From: Phallusia mammillata
Taxonomy: Eukaryota
Direction of reading: 5' to 3'
DNA: 64,000 nt
Assembly (NCBI GenBank): GCA_965637545.1
Contig: OZ281496.1
Location: forward strand, 14,012,001-14,076,000
The translations under genes and the position numbers were made by a program. The notes under the pieces were generated by a model that was not told where the DNA came from, ran no database searches, and saw nothing but the letters and a program-made list of their open reading frames with translations. The first letter of the stretch is position 1. Every line of letters starts with the position of its first letter. This document shows positions 46,426 through 59,372 of the stretch, piece by piece.

Positions 46426-46801
46426 AATCTCATTTTTTATTTTGTTTGTTGTTGAACGAGCTGATTTCAATCGTGTTTGTATGTTACCAGTTTATGTGTA
46501 TATCGCTCCTGAAATTATTTATCAAAATAACAGCACTGACATACAGCAAAAAAAGTTCGGGCCCAAGAAGGAAAAATCACCTAAAATCCTACAGTTGACT
46601 TCATGAAGGTAAAAGCGGTTAAATAATTTCTTTTCCTCATTTTTTGTTATTATTCAACACCGCTCGGGAGATCTACTTAGAGGTAAATAAACGAATGTTT
46701 TAACAAGTATCGTAATAAAGCTATACTGAGTTAACACCTCAAAATGATGGACTTATAGCAGGCACATGGCCACAAACAAAGCAAACTATCATCGTCTAAC
46801 A

Positions 46802-47146
46802 CAGGGCTTCTCAAACAGTGGGTCGCGACCTCAATTGGGGTCGTGTAATATAATTTTGGGGTCGCGAAACATTATGGGTTATTATGTCAGTCACAGTAAA
46901 TAGTATACGTGCGTACATTTATTGTTTAAACATCATTCCCGTCAATTCAAACTGCTCTAAACATATTTTGTAAAACTTCAAAGAGTATTGCCAGCCTAAT
47001 AGCCATATGCTCCTATTGTGCGCAAACAATGCGAAAAGACAGATAGCACAAGCGTCACAATATAGATTATTACGTCATAAAAACTAAGACTGTCATTCTG
47101 TGTATCAAGTCAGAAAACAATTTAGGCTTTTTAGGAACTATTAGAT

Positions 47147-47203
<57 letters not shown>

Positions 47204-47287
47204 CTTTACAGCATACCCATCAAGGGGTCGCGTAGAACTTTCTGTTTCAAAATGGGGCCGCAGAGCAAGAAAGTTTGAGTAGCCCTG
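46802..47287. mobile_element. hAT-type MITE containing a (TA)n run at about 47149-47201
   Basis: TIR CAGGGCT(T/A)CTCAAAC; TSD GTCTAACA / GTCTCACA (1 mismatch). Confidence 0.85.
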
Positions 47288-49290
47288 GTCTCACAGAGTT
47301 TAAAATGTATTTCTTCATATGCTTTCGACACTAAGTGTGGTCAGAAACGGGCAACTGAATTGCTTCCGATTGTATATTAGCAGTAGCTACACAAACGCCA
47401 TATATTGCGTGGCGCGAACTATGGAAAGGTACGTCTAGGAAAAGAAAGTGTATACCACATCCATTATTTTTGTAGAGCAGTTGCTTAAACCGATTTCAGG
47501 AAATCCGTATGTTATTTATAACATGGTTTAAAATGTTGATGCTTTTCATACTTACTGCTATATTAAAGCGTAAGGTTTTACATCACTGTCGTATAGGTAT
47601 TTTAAACCATGTTAAGAATAACTGTAGGAGTTTCGAATTTCACGTTAAAGTTTGTTGAAGTTAAAATAATTTTTTGGCAAAAAATGACCACAAAGCCTGC
47701 ACTTGCGGCTACTTTTACATTAAAAGCACAGTTTTATTCCAAAGAACAAGAACATACAGTATAGGAGATTGTACGAAACAACTTTATCGGATAACGTGTA
47801 GTTAAAAGTATAACCTGCGTCGGAAAACAGACCAGTTAACCACTAGACGTGCCATGAAAACACACTAAAGATACCCCGATTCATTTGAGGGCCGCTGCTT
47901 TATTCCGCCCCACATTACGTGCTCTGGTTTCCCAACGTGAATTGAATTGCTTCCTGTTTGACAAGAACACCTGCGTTCGCTGCACAACAATAGACTTATT
48001 CTGTGTGGAAAGGCAAGGAAAGGTTTTGGAAAACTTTACTACATAGAAAACCGAGTTGGATGTAAGTTGCATGAAACTTAGACTTACGATATGACTTTGC
48101 AAATGCGTACGCAACGATATGCGGAGTACCACTTGAATACCCAATGGAGCAGTTATTTTGGAAGTGACTTAGGTGGTCTACGACAAAAATTAATTTTAAA
48201 TTTCGTGAGTGTCGCTCCATTTAGTAGGCAGTGTGAAACGTATGTGAAACAGTTATGGTTTTACTTGAAGATTGGTGTTGATTTTATTTCGCCATCTATG
48301 TTGCAAAGATTAGGAAACATAAGAACTTCCAGTTTTAAAAGTTGTACGTAGTGGTGTCAAGTTTGTACCCTGTCAGTTTGTGGCATACTTAAGTTCCGGC
48401 GCGCGGCGCACATTACGGTTTTCTTTTTTAACATCGCTGAATACAAATTTGTTTCTTATCTGCAAACTATGAACATTTGGTCCGAATTCTTCAAACTTAT
48501 CAATGTATTTCACTAGAGATCTTGTGGTAATTTTACAAAAAAAAGTTAGTCCCCGCCGTAGCGCAGAATGATTTTTTCACATTTAAACGAAAGAATTGGG
48601 ACGCCAATACACGCTTCATATTTTTCATGCAACGTAGCTTGACGTATTTTAGAGCAGTGTTTTTAACTGGTGTGTCTTGAGAGATTGACTAGCGGACTAG
48701 CCTGTCGCAAAATTATTGTAATAAAGAATGCACCTACTACTGAATATTTTAGGGCTTAATGACTAAGACAGGGACCTCATTTTATTTATTCAATTGTTAC
48801 ACAAATTACCGACATCTTTCACACCATATTTAAAAATATTTGTAAGCTTTTTAGCAAATAAAGTGTAATGTGAAAAATGGCTTTTTACAGCGGTAATAAT
48901 GTAATAAGCCGCATTAAATTCTAAATAAAGTTGTGGTAAGAATTGTCTCGTTGCCATTTACGCAGCTGCTTGTTTCCAACTGCCAACTTTTGTGTATGGC
49001 CTGAACCTAACAGTGTTAACTGTCGGTCATTATCTAGCTTGCGTGTTCTTTTGCGACAAAGTGCGATGTCTTATCGGTTTCCTCGAACTACTGTTTAGGA
49101 GTTTAGTTTGCAAGAGAAAAAATAGGTGCAATGTTGATAACTAGTGTGATTAAAGCGCTCTTTCGGTCAAATTAGTCATTGCTTGAACAAAAACGCATAC
49201 CAAATAGTTAAGTATTTCATTTTGTGCACAAGTCTACAGTTTCAGCTTCTTTAAGACATTAGTGGGTATAAAGTCGTTCACTGCTGGAAA

Positions 49291-50570
49291 ATGTCACTTC
49301 AGGAAAATCTGGAACGCCCGTTTTCGTGTGAAATTTGTGAGCAACGATTCAAGCGAAAGGAACATCTAAAACTTCACATTCGCACGCATACTTTTGAACA
49401 ACCGTACCAATGTGACTTATGTGGGAAAAGGTTTAGCCAGTCAAGTGCCATGAAAAGTCACAAGCGATCTATGCATAATCAAGGACAGGAGTTTGTCTGT
49501 AGTTTCTGTCAAAAGGTTTTTAAATGGAAATTCAGTTACGAACAGCATATAAATGGCCACACAGGAGAAAAACCGTGCAGATGCAAGTTTTGTGACAAGC
49601 AATTTGCACGAGCAGGAACTTGTAGACTTCACGAAAAAAATCGTGAAGGTTTGTTTGAAATGCTTTTTAGTTTACAAATTTATATTTTTATAGGTCGAGT
49701 AAAATATCTTTTGAATTGGACTGCATAAACTTCTTTTTATGTTATTAACAAAATTACCCCTATTTACTACAGTTTGTAAAGAAAACGATATCGAAACAAA
49801 CAACTTATAATACTATCAATATCAATATGGCTTCTGCTCTAAACCACGATATTTTCACAGATACGCTTCACAAGTGCATCGAGTGCGAAGACCAGTTTGA
49901 CAGCAAGTCTAACCTAGTCAAGCATTTTAAGTCACAACATCCCGGGCTCTCCATGCAACAGAGCCACCAGTGCTCAGAATGCACTTTCTCTTCGGACCTC
50001 AAACACAATTTGATCGCCCATATGAGAGTCCACAATGACGAAAAACCTTTCCGATGTGACGTTTGTGAGAAAACTTTCCGCAGAGAGCATCATCTTCAAA
50101 GTCACATGGTGATGCACACTAGAAATAAACAGTTCAATTGCGGCGTCTGCACAAAGACTTTTGCTACAAAATCACAAGCGACGACCCACGAGGAAAAAGT
50201 TCATTGTAAGAAAAAACCTTACCAATGCAAGGTTTGTAAAGAGAGTTTCGGATATAGTCAAACTTTGCACAACCATATGCTGCTCCATACCGGCGAGTTG
50301 CCATTCGCTTGTAAGTATTGCGAGAAGAAATTTCGTCAGCGCGGAAACATGTTTCGTCACATGAAAGTTCACACAACAGCGCAACGTCATCAGTGCACCG
50401 ACTGTCCTCTGAGCTTTCCAAGAATAGAACAGTTTCAAGAACACATGAAGACAGAACATGGAAAAAGAAAGCTAAAAAAACTTCACTGCCCTAAATGTAC
50501 AAAGAACTTCATTTCAGCGTCTTGCCTCAATACACACAAGTGCAAAAGCATTGAAATTGTTGCAAAGTAA
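49291..50570 (+). CDS. Two-exon C2H2 zinc-finger protein, about 12 fingers (exons 49291-49648 and 49861-50570)
   Basis: A phase-1 GT donor at 49649 and the TTTTCACAG acceptor ending at 49860 join the two ORFs in frame (G+AT = Asp). The paralog has the same junction. Finger 4 is degenerate and the last finger is C2HC. Confidence 0.85.
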
Positions 50571-51014
50571 TTTAGTCCGGATTGTCTTTAAACCTAATTG
50601 TCAAGCGTTTTTTTTTTTTTTTGCTTCAACCTACATACTGTTGTAAACTGAAAAAATACCTACAAAAAAATTGTTGGTCCTGTTCTGTGTGTAGTTTTTG
50701 TCAATTGTGCCTATACTACCTGGTCTCGCTTGAAAACATGTAACATTGTTTTGTAATAAATCCCTTTGATTGCCGTTAATATGGAAGATTTTATGTTAAA
50801 GTTGCTTTGTAATTACGGTTTAGCAGCAAGATACAACATTTCCAATAAGTCTTACCTTGACGCTAATTTTGCAAAGATAAAGTGGATCGCCACGACCGAA
50901 CTGTTGAAGGCTACATAGTCGATGATTCTTATCTCAGTGATCCACGTAATGCAATATGATAAAATTCACCGAGCACTGCAAAGAACTACGCATTAAAACA
51001 CGGGGGAGTGCTAG

Positions 51015-51170
51015 CAGTGCCGGATTAACCATTAGGCAAAGTAGGCACGTGCCTACAGGCCAGTCAAAAATCCAGGCCACTTTAAAATCAGTAGAATGAT
51101 TTGGCAACACTGATTTTCGGGCCACTTAATAATTGTGCCTACAGGCCAGCAGACCCTTAATCCCGCACTG
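51015..51170. mobile_element. Short hAT-type MITE
   Basis: TIR CAGTGC(C/G)GGATTA; perfect TSD AGTGCTAG. Confidence 0.88.
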
Positions 51171-51637
51171 AGTGCTAGAGGGAGGTCGGTGAAGGCTTAC
51201 TGCTTATAATTTATATGAAGGGCCGTTTCCATGCAAAGTTCAAGTGTGTTTTAATTAGATTTCCTTCATGAATACCGCGCACAAACAATAACTGACGCAA
51301 CGTGTCATAAACGAAAACATTCCAACACTCTTGGTTTTGCATACCATCGGAAACTGGTAATCAAAAATGGGTTCACCTACTTAGTATTTCAGTCTACCAG
51401 CAATCTAAAAAGGGGGCATTTTGAATACGCGAAGGCACATTTTCATTTTTTCCGCAATGTTTTTATTGTCACGCTTTGAGATTTAAATAAATTCATAAAC
51501 GAACGTAATAACTGCGCGACCGGGTCAGTGAGAGCCAAACATTGGCAATCGAGTCACTTGACCGATTACTCCTTACTTAAGAATAAAATGTGGGAAAGGG
51601 ACGAAGGGTAATAAATGGACATGCGGAGTGTTATTAA

Positions 51638-54447
51638 CACGTTGACTGCCATGTCAACAATTATTGTTGACGCGGCGGTTTTATAAGAGGCCGCGTCAAC
51701 AATTTTTGTATACAACCTCATTACACCTGTATGGTGCTAAAAGCGTCTAGCGTCCAGTGCATGTTCTTTCTCTGGTCTGTGGCACCTCATGCAAAGAGAA
51801 ATATATTGCAACTAGGAATTTTTATTCCCATTTCACATCACAAAATCTGTTCGGTGGTTAAAAAATAGTACTCAATTGCAAGCAGTTGTTTATCAGATCG
51901 GAAAAAAGACACAATTAAAAAAACTATTTTAAATCAAAACATAAATAAACTTTGACAAATTTTTATGCAGTACCTTATATATGTAACAATAAATAAATAA
52001 ATAAAAAATAAAAACAGAACTTTAAAAATATAAATCCACAAAATAAAAGAGAACTCCATAAAAATAAATCTGAACCAACGTAACATAAATCTTAAAAAAA
52101 AAACTGAATAACTAGTTTTGTTTGTGACTTTCAGAAAAGCATGTAACACACATAACAGGTTCATCTGGACACCCAGAGCAAAAATACTTGGATCTTGGAT
52201 TTTTTTTCTTAGCAGCAGCCCTGCCTTGTGAATTAGACAGTTTCTGGTAACACAATTTGCAGGTCCGATAAATTTCTTTGTTGTTTGTATTCTTCAATGT
52301 TACTAACACATGACTTTGCTTTACTTTGACAGGATCTGTAGGATAAGACAGATCTAAAATTGCTGAAGTAACTTCCTCTCTAAATTTTCGAATTTTCATT
52401 TTAGATCCTTTTATTTCCTGATACAGCACATGAGCATTTACTATGCAGATTCCAAGTAACAGTTCTATGCCCAATTTTCGATACCACTTTACACCTTTTC
52501 GAAGAGTTGAACCATATGAAGCCATCTGATCAGACAGATCGATGCCCAACTTTCCTTTATTGTATGCTGTTATAGCTAATGGCTTTTCACTTGCCCTCAT
52601 ACGCTTCTTTTTGGGAGGTATATTTGATGGCCTGTTGTCTTCTTCTAACCTTTGCCTTTTTCTTGTTACCTGCACAAGTTGTGGTCTGTGTTTGGTTGAG
52701 AGTATACGGACATCTCTAACATCCTTCCATTTTAGAATTACTATTCCATTTTCATCCTCTTTTGCAACAAAATCTCCTCTTCTTAATTTTGCATCCATTA
52801 CTTTCTTTGGAAAAAGCTTTTTAGCAGCTCGGACTGTCCCAACCAAATGTGTGTTCCTTTGTAAAAGGCAGTCAGCTAATTCATAGCTAGTGTAAAAGTT
52901 ATCTACATAGAGTGTCCGTCCCTGATCAAGCAGACCTTCCATCAATTCTTCACAGATTCGCTTTGCCAACCCCATTTCTCTTTCACCTGCTTCCGTCTTT
53001 CCGGAGTAGACAGACAAATTATAAGTAAAACCCTTCAGGGAACAAAGTTTGAAGAGTTTAATTCCATATTTGTGAGCCTTGTTTGGTATATATTGACGAA
53101 ACTTTAATCTTCCTCGCCATGGAATTAGGGTTTCATCAACAACCACATCACTTCCTGGAGTATAAATAGATTTGAAATTTCTAATAAGAAGATCTAATAA
53201 GGGTTGTATCTTCCTTAGTTTCTCTCCTTCTGACTCCTCATTGTTGGAAAAATGAAAGCAGTTTAGAAGTAGTTCAAACCTATTGCGGCTCATTTTCGAA
53301 GAAATATGGTTTTTGTACAGTGGATTATGGCTCCAATATGATGAGATCGTGCCCTTTCTATTCAATCCCATCCACATAAGCATACCTAAGAATGTCTCTA
53401 TTTCTTTTCTTGTTGTTGGAACCCATTTTGCATGCCTACATTTATGAGTTAGCTGGTCTTTATTTGTTTTTATTACTGTTAGTTGATCAGCATACAGGTT
53501 CGTCTGTGTGACAAGCAAATTTACTACTTCTTCATTGACAAAAAACTTGAAAGCATTTACTGGAGTTAAATTGTTTGACTGTGAAATGGATGGATGAGGG
53601 CCTTCATCACCAGTAAAGTTAAATATTTTGTGTCTTCCACTATATTCTGTCCACTTGGGTAAAGTACCTGCTATTCTAACTTGCTGATTCTGTCTTTCAT
53701 TTTCTATTTCTTCCTGTCTTTCCTCTTCTATTACCATTTGGTTTAGCTCCATATCTAAATCATCTTCAGCCTCCACTTCAGATAAATCTGGCTGATAATT
53801 TGGATCACTGTCAGAGTCATCATCCATAAAATCGGATTCATCTGACATAAAAGATTCATCTGACACTTGTATGATAATTTTCTGTATCTTTTCTGTTTCT
53901 GCAGCTTTCTCATCACTCATATTGTTTAGTTTTCACTAGGGACACCAAATTTATCTTAAATTATCTAAAAAATACAAAGTCTTTTTACAAAAGTAGGTAC
54001 AAAGTCAAATGATAGTAGTTCAAAATTGCACTATATTGTCTCAACATGTTTATAGTTGAAACAGAGTGTCAACAACATATGTTGGCATGGCCAAAAAAGC
54101 AAACCAATTTTTGTGTCACATTTTTGCAGCACACAATGGCACTGAATCTAAAAAATAACTGAAATCATGTTTTTAGCACAGTACAACTACCAGGTTATTC
54201 TAAAACATTTACATATACTTGCAATTAACACGCAAAAAACCCGAAGAAAAAGTGTCAACAACCTATGTTGACATGGCCAGGCATTTGTCAATCAGGATAT
54301 GTTTGCAGTTTTTTGGAGCACATAAAGGTACAAAAACACAAAAATCAAGTGGAACAAAATGTTTACCTTTCAAACTTTAATATTATGCAAAAAAAATATG
54401 TGGCCCCATGTTTACGTTTTTTGAACACATACATGGCAGTCAATGTG
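51638..54447 (-). mobile_element. Full-length piggyBac transposon (2810 bp)
   Basis: TTAA on both sides (51634-51637, 54448-54451); 17-bp TIR CAC(G/A)TTGACTGCCATGT; subterminal GTCAAC..GTTGAC palindromes. Confidence 0.96.
52112..53920 (-). CDS. Intact piggyBac transposase (PGBD4-like), 602 aa
   Basis: Single open frame. DDD triad VVDETLIPWRGR / YVDNFYTS / GIDLSDQ; acidic N-terminus; C-terminal Cys-rich domain CKLC...CSGC...CVTC..H. Confidence 0.96.
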   Translation of the reverse strand: MSDEKAAETEKIQKIIIQVSDESFMSDESDFMDDDSDSDPNYQPDLSEVEAEDDLDMELNQMVIEEERQEEIENERQNQQVRIAGTLPKWTEYSGRHKIFNFTGDEGPHPSISQSNNLTPVNAFKFFVNEEVVNLLVTQTNLYADQLTVIKTNKDQLTHKCRHAKWVPTTRKEIETFLGMLMWMGLNRKGTISSYWSHNPLYKNHISSKMSRNRFELLLNCFHFSNNEESEGEKLRKIQPLLDLLIRNFKSIYTPGSDVVVDETLIPWRGRLKFRQYIPNKAHKYGIKLFKLCSLKGFTYNLSVYSGKTEAGEREMGLAKRICEELMEGLLDQGRTLYVDNFYTSYELADCLLQRNTHLVGTVRAAKKLFPKKVMDAKLRRGDFVAKEDENGIVILKWKDVRDVRILSTKHRPQLVQVTRKRQRLEEDNRPSNIPPKKKRMRASEKPLAITAYNKGKLGIDLSDQMASYGSTLRKGVKWYRKLGIELLLGICIVNAHVLYQEIKGSKMKIRKFREEVTSAILDLSYPTDPVKVKQSHVLVTLKNTNNKEIYRTCKLCYQKLSNSQGRAAAKKKNPRSKYFCSGCPDEPVMCVTCFSESHKQN

Positions 54448-57371
54448 TTAAAGCAGCAAACAAAATGAAAACTACATTAAGCAATAAGGTGAAACACAAC
54501 ATGCAATATAGAACATAGATAGTACCAAGAACATAGCAATTGTTACAGAGTACGAAACCTGAAGTGTCATACAACGGAGTAAAACGAAATGCACGAATCG
54601 CTTATTTCGGAACAATCTCGTAGATAAGCCCCTTTTACATAGAAGGCAGGGTTGCATACAGTAAAAGCATAGATGACATGAACTACAAAATACACATTGG
54701 TATGTACAAGAAAAGTGGCAACTAGTACGCCAGCTAAAGTTTTAATTGTGGTAGACACATTTTCGCTGTGACTGCAATTACCTCTTTTTTGTTGAAAGAT
54801 TTTGTGACATATTGATTTTATCTCGTTTAACTCATTGGAAACCGCCTCAACACCGCCTGTTGACAACCGCCATGTTTTTAACAAACATGCTCGTAATACA
54901 TTTTCAATGTAAAAAAAAACGATTGGTAATCCTTTAAAGTACGTCAATTTCCACACAGTACCGAAATTGTTTTGCAAGTCTTTCTAGCTTTTTGCAAACA
55001 CCTGCAAATTAATCTGGACAGTTAAAGTTTTAGTTTTTGAGCAAATGTACAATACCTTGTTTGTAACACGAAAAAAGCGTGTTTTGGAAATACCAATACA
55101 TAAAAAAGTGGAAACAGAAACGTTTTAACACTGCGAACGACATCAGTGCACAAATCTACATGTTAATTTGTATCGTGACTTGGATGAAAGAAGTTACAAA
55201 CTTTTTCATCGGGTTTCATAAATAGAAAACAAATATGGCCAGAAACTTCAAGTTGAATAATGTAACAGCTGCATATTGTGAAATACGCTTAAAAATCAGT
55301 TTATACGCCAACCTAATTATTTGTTTAAGAAACAAACTAACCTTTTTGATTGGCTGTGATTCTCTAGAAAATCAAACAAACTACATTAATTGTATTTCTA
55401 CTGCGCATTTGAAATTGTTCTAGGTAATTCCTGAACAACCGTAGTTAACAGTACCAGAATCTTCACTACATTAAACCGCACACCTTACTGTGGAGATACA
55501 AACTGGTACATGGCTTTGATCAAATACATCCTCCAACAACGTAAGCAAAAACAGGAAACCGTATTGTGATCGTAAATACAATTGTTGAGTCTTAATCCTC
55601 ATCAACATGCTTGATCGTATGCTCGTCAGTTGAAAACTCTTCTCAGTGCACAAAGTGGCGATGTTTGTGCAACCTATGTGTGATTAACGGTTCGTGATTC
55701 TTGTCTTAATTCATCCTTTAAGATGACACGGTGCTTAGTACAACCGCCTTGATAGCAAGGTTGGTGGTTCTCATCTCAGATTTACCTCTAAGATCGCACT
55801 CAGAAACTGTTTACGCATTGCAATTGTGACAGTTAAGCTTTTTTTCAACACGTTAGTAGACACATTTACACATTTAAAAACTAAAGCGACGATTTGACCA
55901 AGTAGTTACATTGTCCAAACCAAGATAAAAAAGGTTAACCCTTCGGAGTGGGAAAAATCCTTTCAGCTATACGCACCATTTGCCAGTACTCTGAACCCAT
56001 TGCATTGCAATCTATTCTGTACACAATTATAATGTTTAACAAGCATCAAATTCACAGACTTAGTTTTACACAAGTAATTTCATTTTCATGTATACTTGAT
56101 CAAAGTAAATTAAATTTTCCTGAGCTACTTAGATATGCTTACATTTTACATTGAAAGTAATACGCCAACTATACTAGTAACTTACTAGAATTGGGGACCT
56201 TGATATATACTACCAAAAGTGCAAAGGTTGTATAGTTTGTACCAGACTCCAACAATACATAAAAGCTGCTCAACTGATTACACACAAAAAAGACAATTTC
56301 TTGACATAATTTTACAAGAAGGACACTTTTTCTTGTATAATTATTCTCGGCGTTAATACCGCGTCGTCTATCTACGTCGTTTGCAGTACTTTTTAGGGTT
56401 GAACATAATTTTCAACACTACCTGTACAATAAATAGAATTTATTAAAAGAAAATTGAAACAACAATCAACAACAAAAAACATGTTGAATAAAACCACATT
56501 ATTTGTCAGGAGACATTCCTATTTTCCAGGATTTTGCCTGCTTCAAATAGTTAGCGACTTTTGAAAATCACAGCCACTTCCGTTACTGGAAAACATAAGT
56601 GTTGTGTATTTGTACATACGCCATAAATCAGTAATTCTCAACTTGTTTAAGGCTAGAGACCACCATTTTACATTTTCAGTTTATTGCAAAAGTGCCATAA
56701 AAAAGGCATTTCTAAACACTGATCTTGTTCAGCGAGTTGTGGTATATCCACAACAATAGCAATAAACTTTACCATGAAGCATTTTTGTTTGCATCCGTCG
56801 AAAAAAAAAAACATTTCTGACATGAATATTTGCTTCACTCCTAATCAAATTGTCCAGCGTAAATACTTCGAAGCGAAAGCTTTTGTGTTGCAATGCTTTA
56901 TCTCCCAAGGTAAAACTAAAATATAGAACCTAATTCCTAGTTTGAACAATTACTGAAGGTGACAACGATATAGCGCCCAATTTCAAAACTGTCTTCATGG
57001 TTGAGTAATTCTTAGACTAAGTTTGATTTCTATGATAAACAAAAACTCCAGGAACTAATTTCTGTTTCCAATGAAATCGAGACAATGAAAACAAGCAGAA
57101 CATTTTCCAATATGCGCATAATTAGGACTATACCATGTAGCTTGTTTCAATTTTTTTTTACTAGTTGAGGTAACTGTAACCTTGAATCACTCTTACAAAC
57201 AACTATTATAAACAAGTCAATTTAAGTGGGTTATTTTTGTATTAAAACAACCGCACGAAAATTAAATGCATTCTGTGTAAATATAAGCTATAACAATAAG
57301 TTTGTTTTTCAAGTCTTTTGGTTTATCATCATATTCATTCATCCACTCTTCGTTTCCTTTTCATATTGCTT

Positions 57372-58800
57372 CTAAATCACAATCTTCTTTACATCTTTCT
57401 TCTTCATCACCATGACAACAGTCAGAATGAAAATGATCAACATTATCAGGCCAAGAATCGAGATAAGAGAGACCTCCATAAGTAAATTAATGCCTCTGCC
57501 TCGATTTACATGGATGCCTCGATTGACCAACAAATAGGTGTAAGAGTAAAAACTTGTGACAGTTTACAATGACTCATAGATTGGATTAAATTTCAACGCA
57601 TCCAGGTAATTGTGTTTTCAGCAAAACCTAAATTTTGAAACAAATTATAAGCAGACTTTTAATTGTGTCTTACCAAGCCAAGTTTTTCATCTTTCGTCAG
57701 CAAATATCCTTCAGAACAATAGCAGTAAGCTGCACCAGTCGTGTCGATGCCACACATGTGAGAACTTCCCAATTCCTTCTACAAAGCATCGCTTGGCGAC
57801 ACAATTGCACTAAAAACGATCCTTAAGCCGGAAATAGATGCGTTATTGAACGCAAAAAAGGTAAATAAAGCATTAGGCCCAGTCTATTTTATATGTCAAG
57901 GTAAAATACAAGTTTACCTTATTGCAAACAAGTTGGTCATCATTATCAAGTTCAGGTGCAAGGATAAAGGGTCGTAGAGAGATTTTCTTAGAAGCATCAT
58001 CAGTATCAACTGGGATTGATCTTTTGACTGGAATATCAGGTATCGGTCCAGAAGGACAGTTCTGATGAAATCATGTTTAAACGATTTACAGGTGGCGGGT
58101 AACAACATACGCAGCAAATAGTTAATAGAAGAATATGATTCTGGTAAGTTGCCACTTAGTCTGTGCAGCAATGTTAATAAAATATCATGGAAATACACAG
58201 GTTGACAATCATCTAATTTCAATGACATTCAAAAAGAGATCCGAAAAACTCTCATACCATTTTGCAGTCGTTGTCTTCCATTTTTTTGCAGATATTCATT
58301 CTGCATCTAAGCTGTATCTCCTGGTCAGAGTCTTCGACACCAAACCAGCTGAATCCCAAAAAAGAGAAACCAAACTTGCGGGAGTCGTTCACATTGTAGA
58401 TGACGTTCCCATCCACATCAAGAGGATCAGGCGCGACACAACTGTGAAAAAGAATTGAGTTGAAGTGGAACTTTCGTCACTCTGAATTACAAGCGCTCAC
58501 CCTCCGATGACAACAGGATAAACAGTTTCAGTTTCATTCTCTGCGTCCGCCAGAATACAGTCTATTCCCAAACCATTTAAAGTAATGAAAAAGAGTTGGT
58601 GGTTTTTATCCCTGGGTATTCAAAGTGTGTTTATGTGACATTAATCCTGCAAAACCAAGCTGGTGTCAGCCTCCACATCAATGTTGACACCAATGTAAAC
58701 AGGGAATCCAATTGTTATCATTTGTTCAGTTTCAATTACAGTAAAACGGTCCGATGTGTAACGAGCCATTTCCATGGTGAATGATGACGTTGTTTTGCCC
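57372..58800 (-). pseudogene. ZP-domain / EGF-like / transmembrane gene (3' exons only), probably disrupted
   Basis: Exons at ~58795-58646, 58561-58501, 58441-58258 and 58061-57918 splice to a ZP-C-like sequence (FTMEMARY...VYIGV...DC...VVIGGC...FSFLGFSWF...LRCRMNIC...C...C...VKR). 57809-57674 is EGF-like (SHMC...YCYCSEGYLL) with a frameshift. 57479-57372 encodes a hydrophobic helix plus a KKK tail. One donor reads AT instead of GT. Confidence 0.7.
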
Positions 58801-58889
58801 AAATCCACCTTAACGTGGCTGCACAAGAGGATTTATCTGGTTAATGTTTGTCACTGCGATAATCAGTGAAATATTTTATTCCGCAAACA

Positions 58890-59372
58890 CACGGGTGTCC
58901 AACACGAAAGCACCGCCGCGCCAGTCTAGGTTTTAAAATATACCCGCGTGCCAACGTTTGGTAGGCATACTTTTTCAACGTTTGGTAGGCCTACGGTAGA
59001 AACAATTATGTTGTCAAACGCGAATACGGAGTAAACTTGTTTAAGATATTCCAGGAACTTTTTATAACATACCATGTTGTTTAAAGGGCAGAATCCATAT
59101 AACACGACAGCATAAAGGCCCGGAATTATCCAGAATTAGACAGTTTCAAGTGCCTCAAAGTAGACGAATCGAGTCTAAAAACGACCAATTTAATTAGTGG
59201 ATTTGTGTAACCTTGATATTGATCATTTTTACTGAAGTTAGAATAAAAGCCAAAAAGAATCCATAGAAACATAATAATTGCGTGACAAATCCTAATGTTT
59301 ACCATCTGAATGTCCAAAAATTACGTGCCATTTTCCACTTTTGACACGCGTGCCACGTGTTGGACACCCCTG
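58890..59372. mobile_element. hAT-type MITE
   Basis: 17-bp TIR CA(C/G)GGGTGTCCAACACG; perfect TSD CGCAAACA. Confidence 0.92.

Noticed and set aside
57372-57479. Stand-alone 35-aa membrane micropeptide
   Set aside because: Better explained as the last exon of the ZP-EGF gene directly upstream on the same strand.
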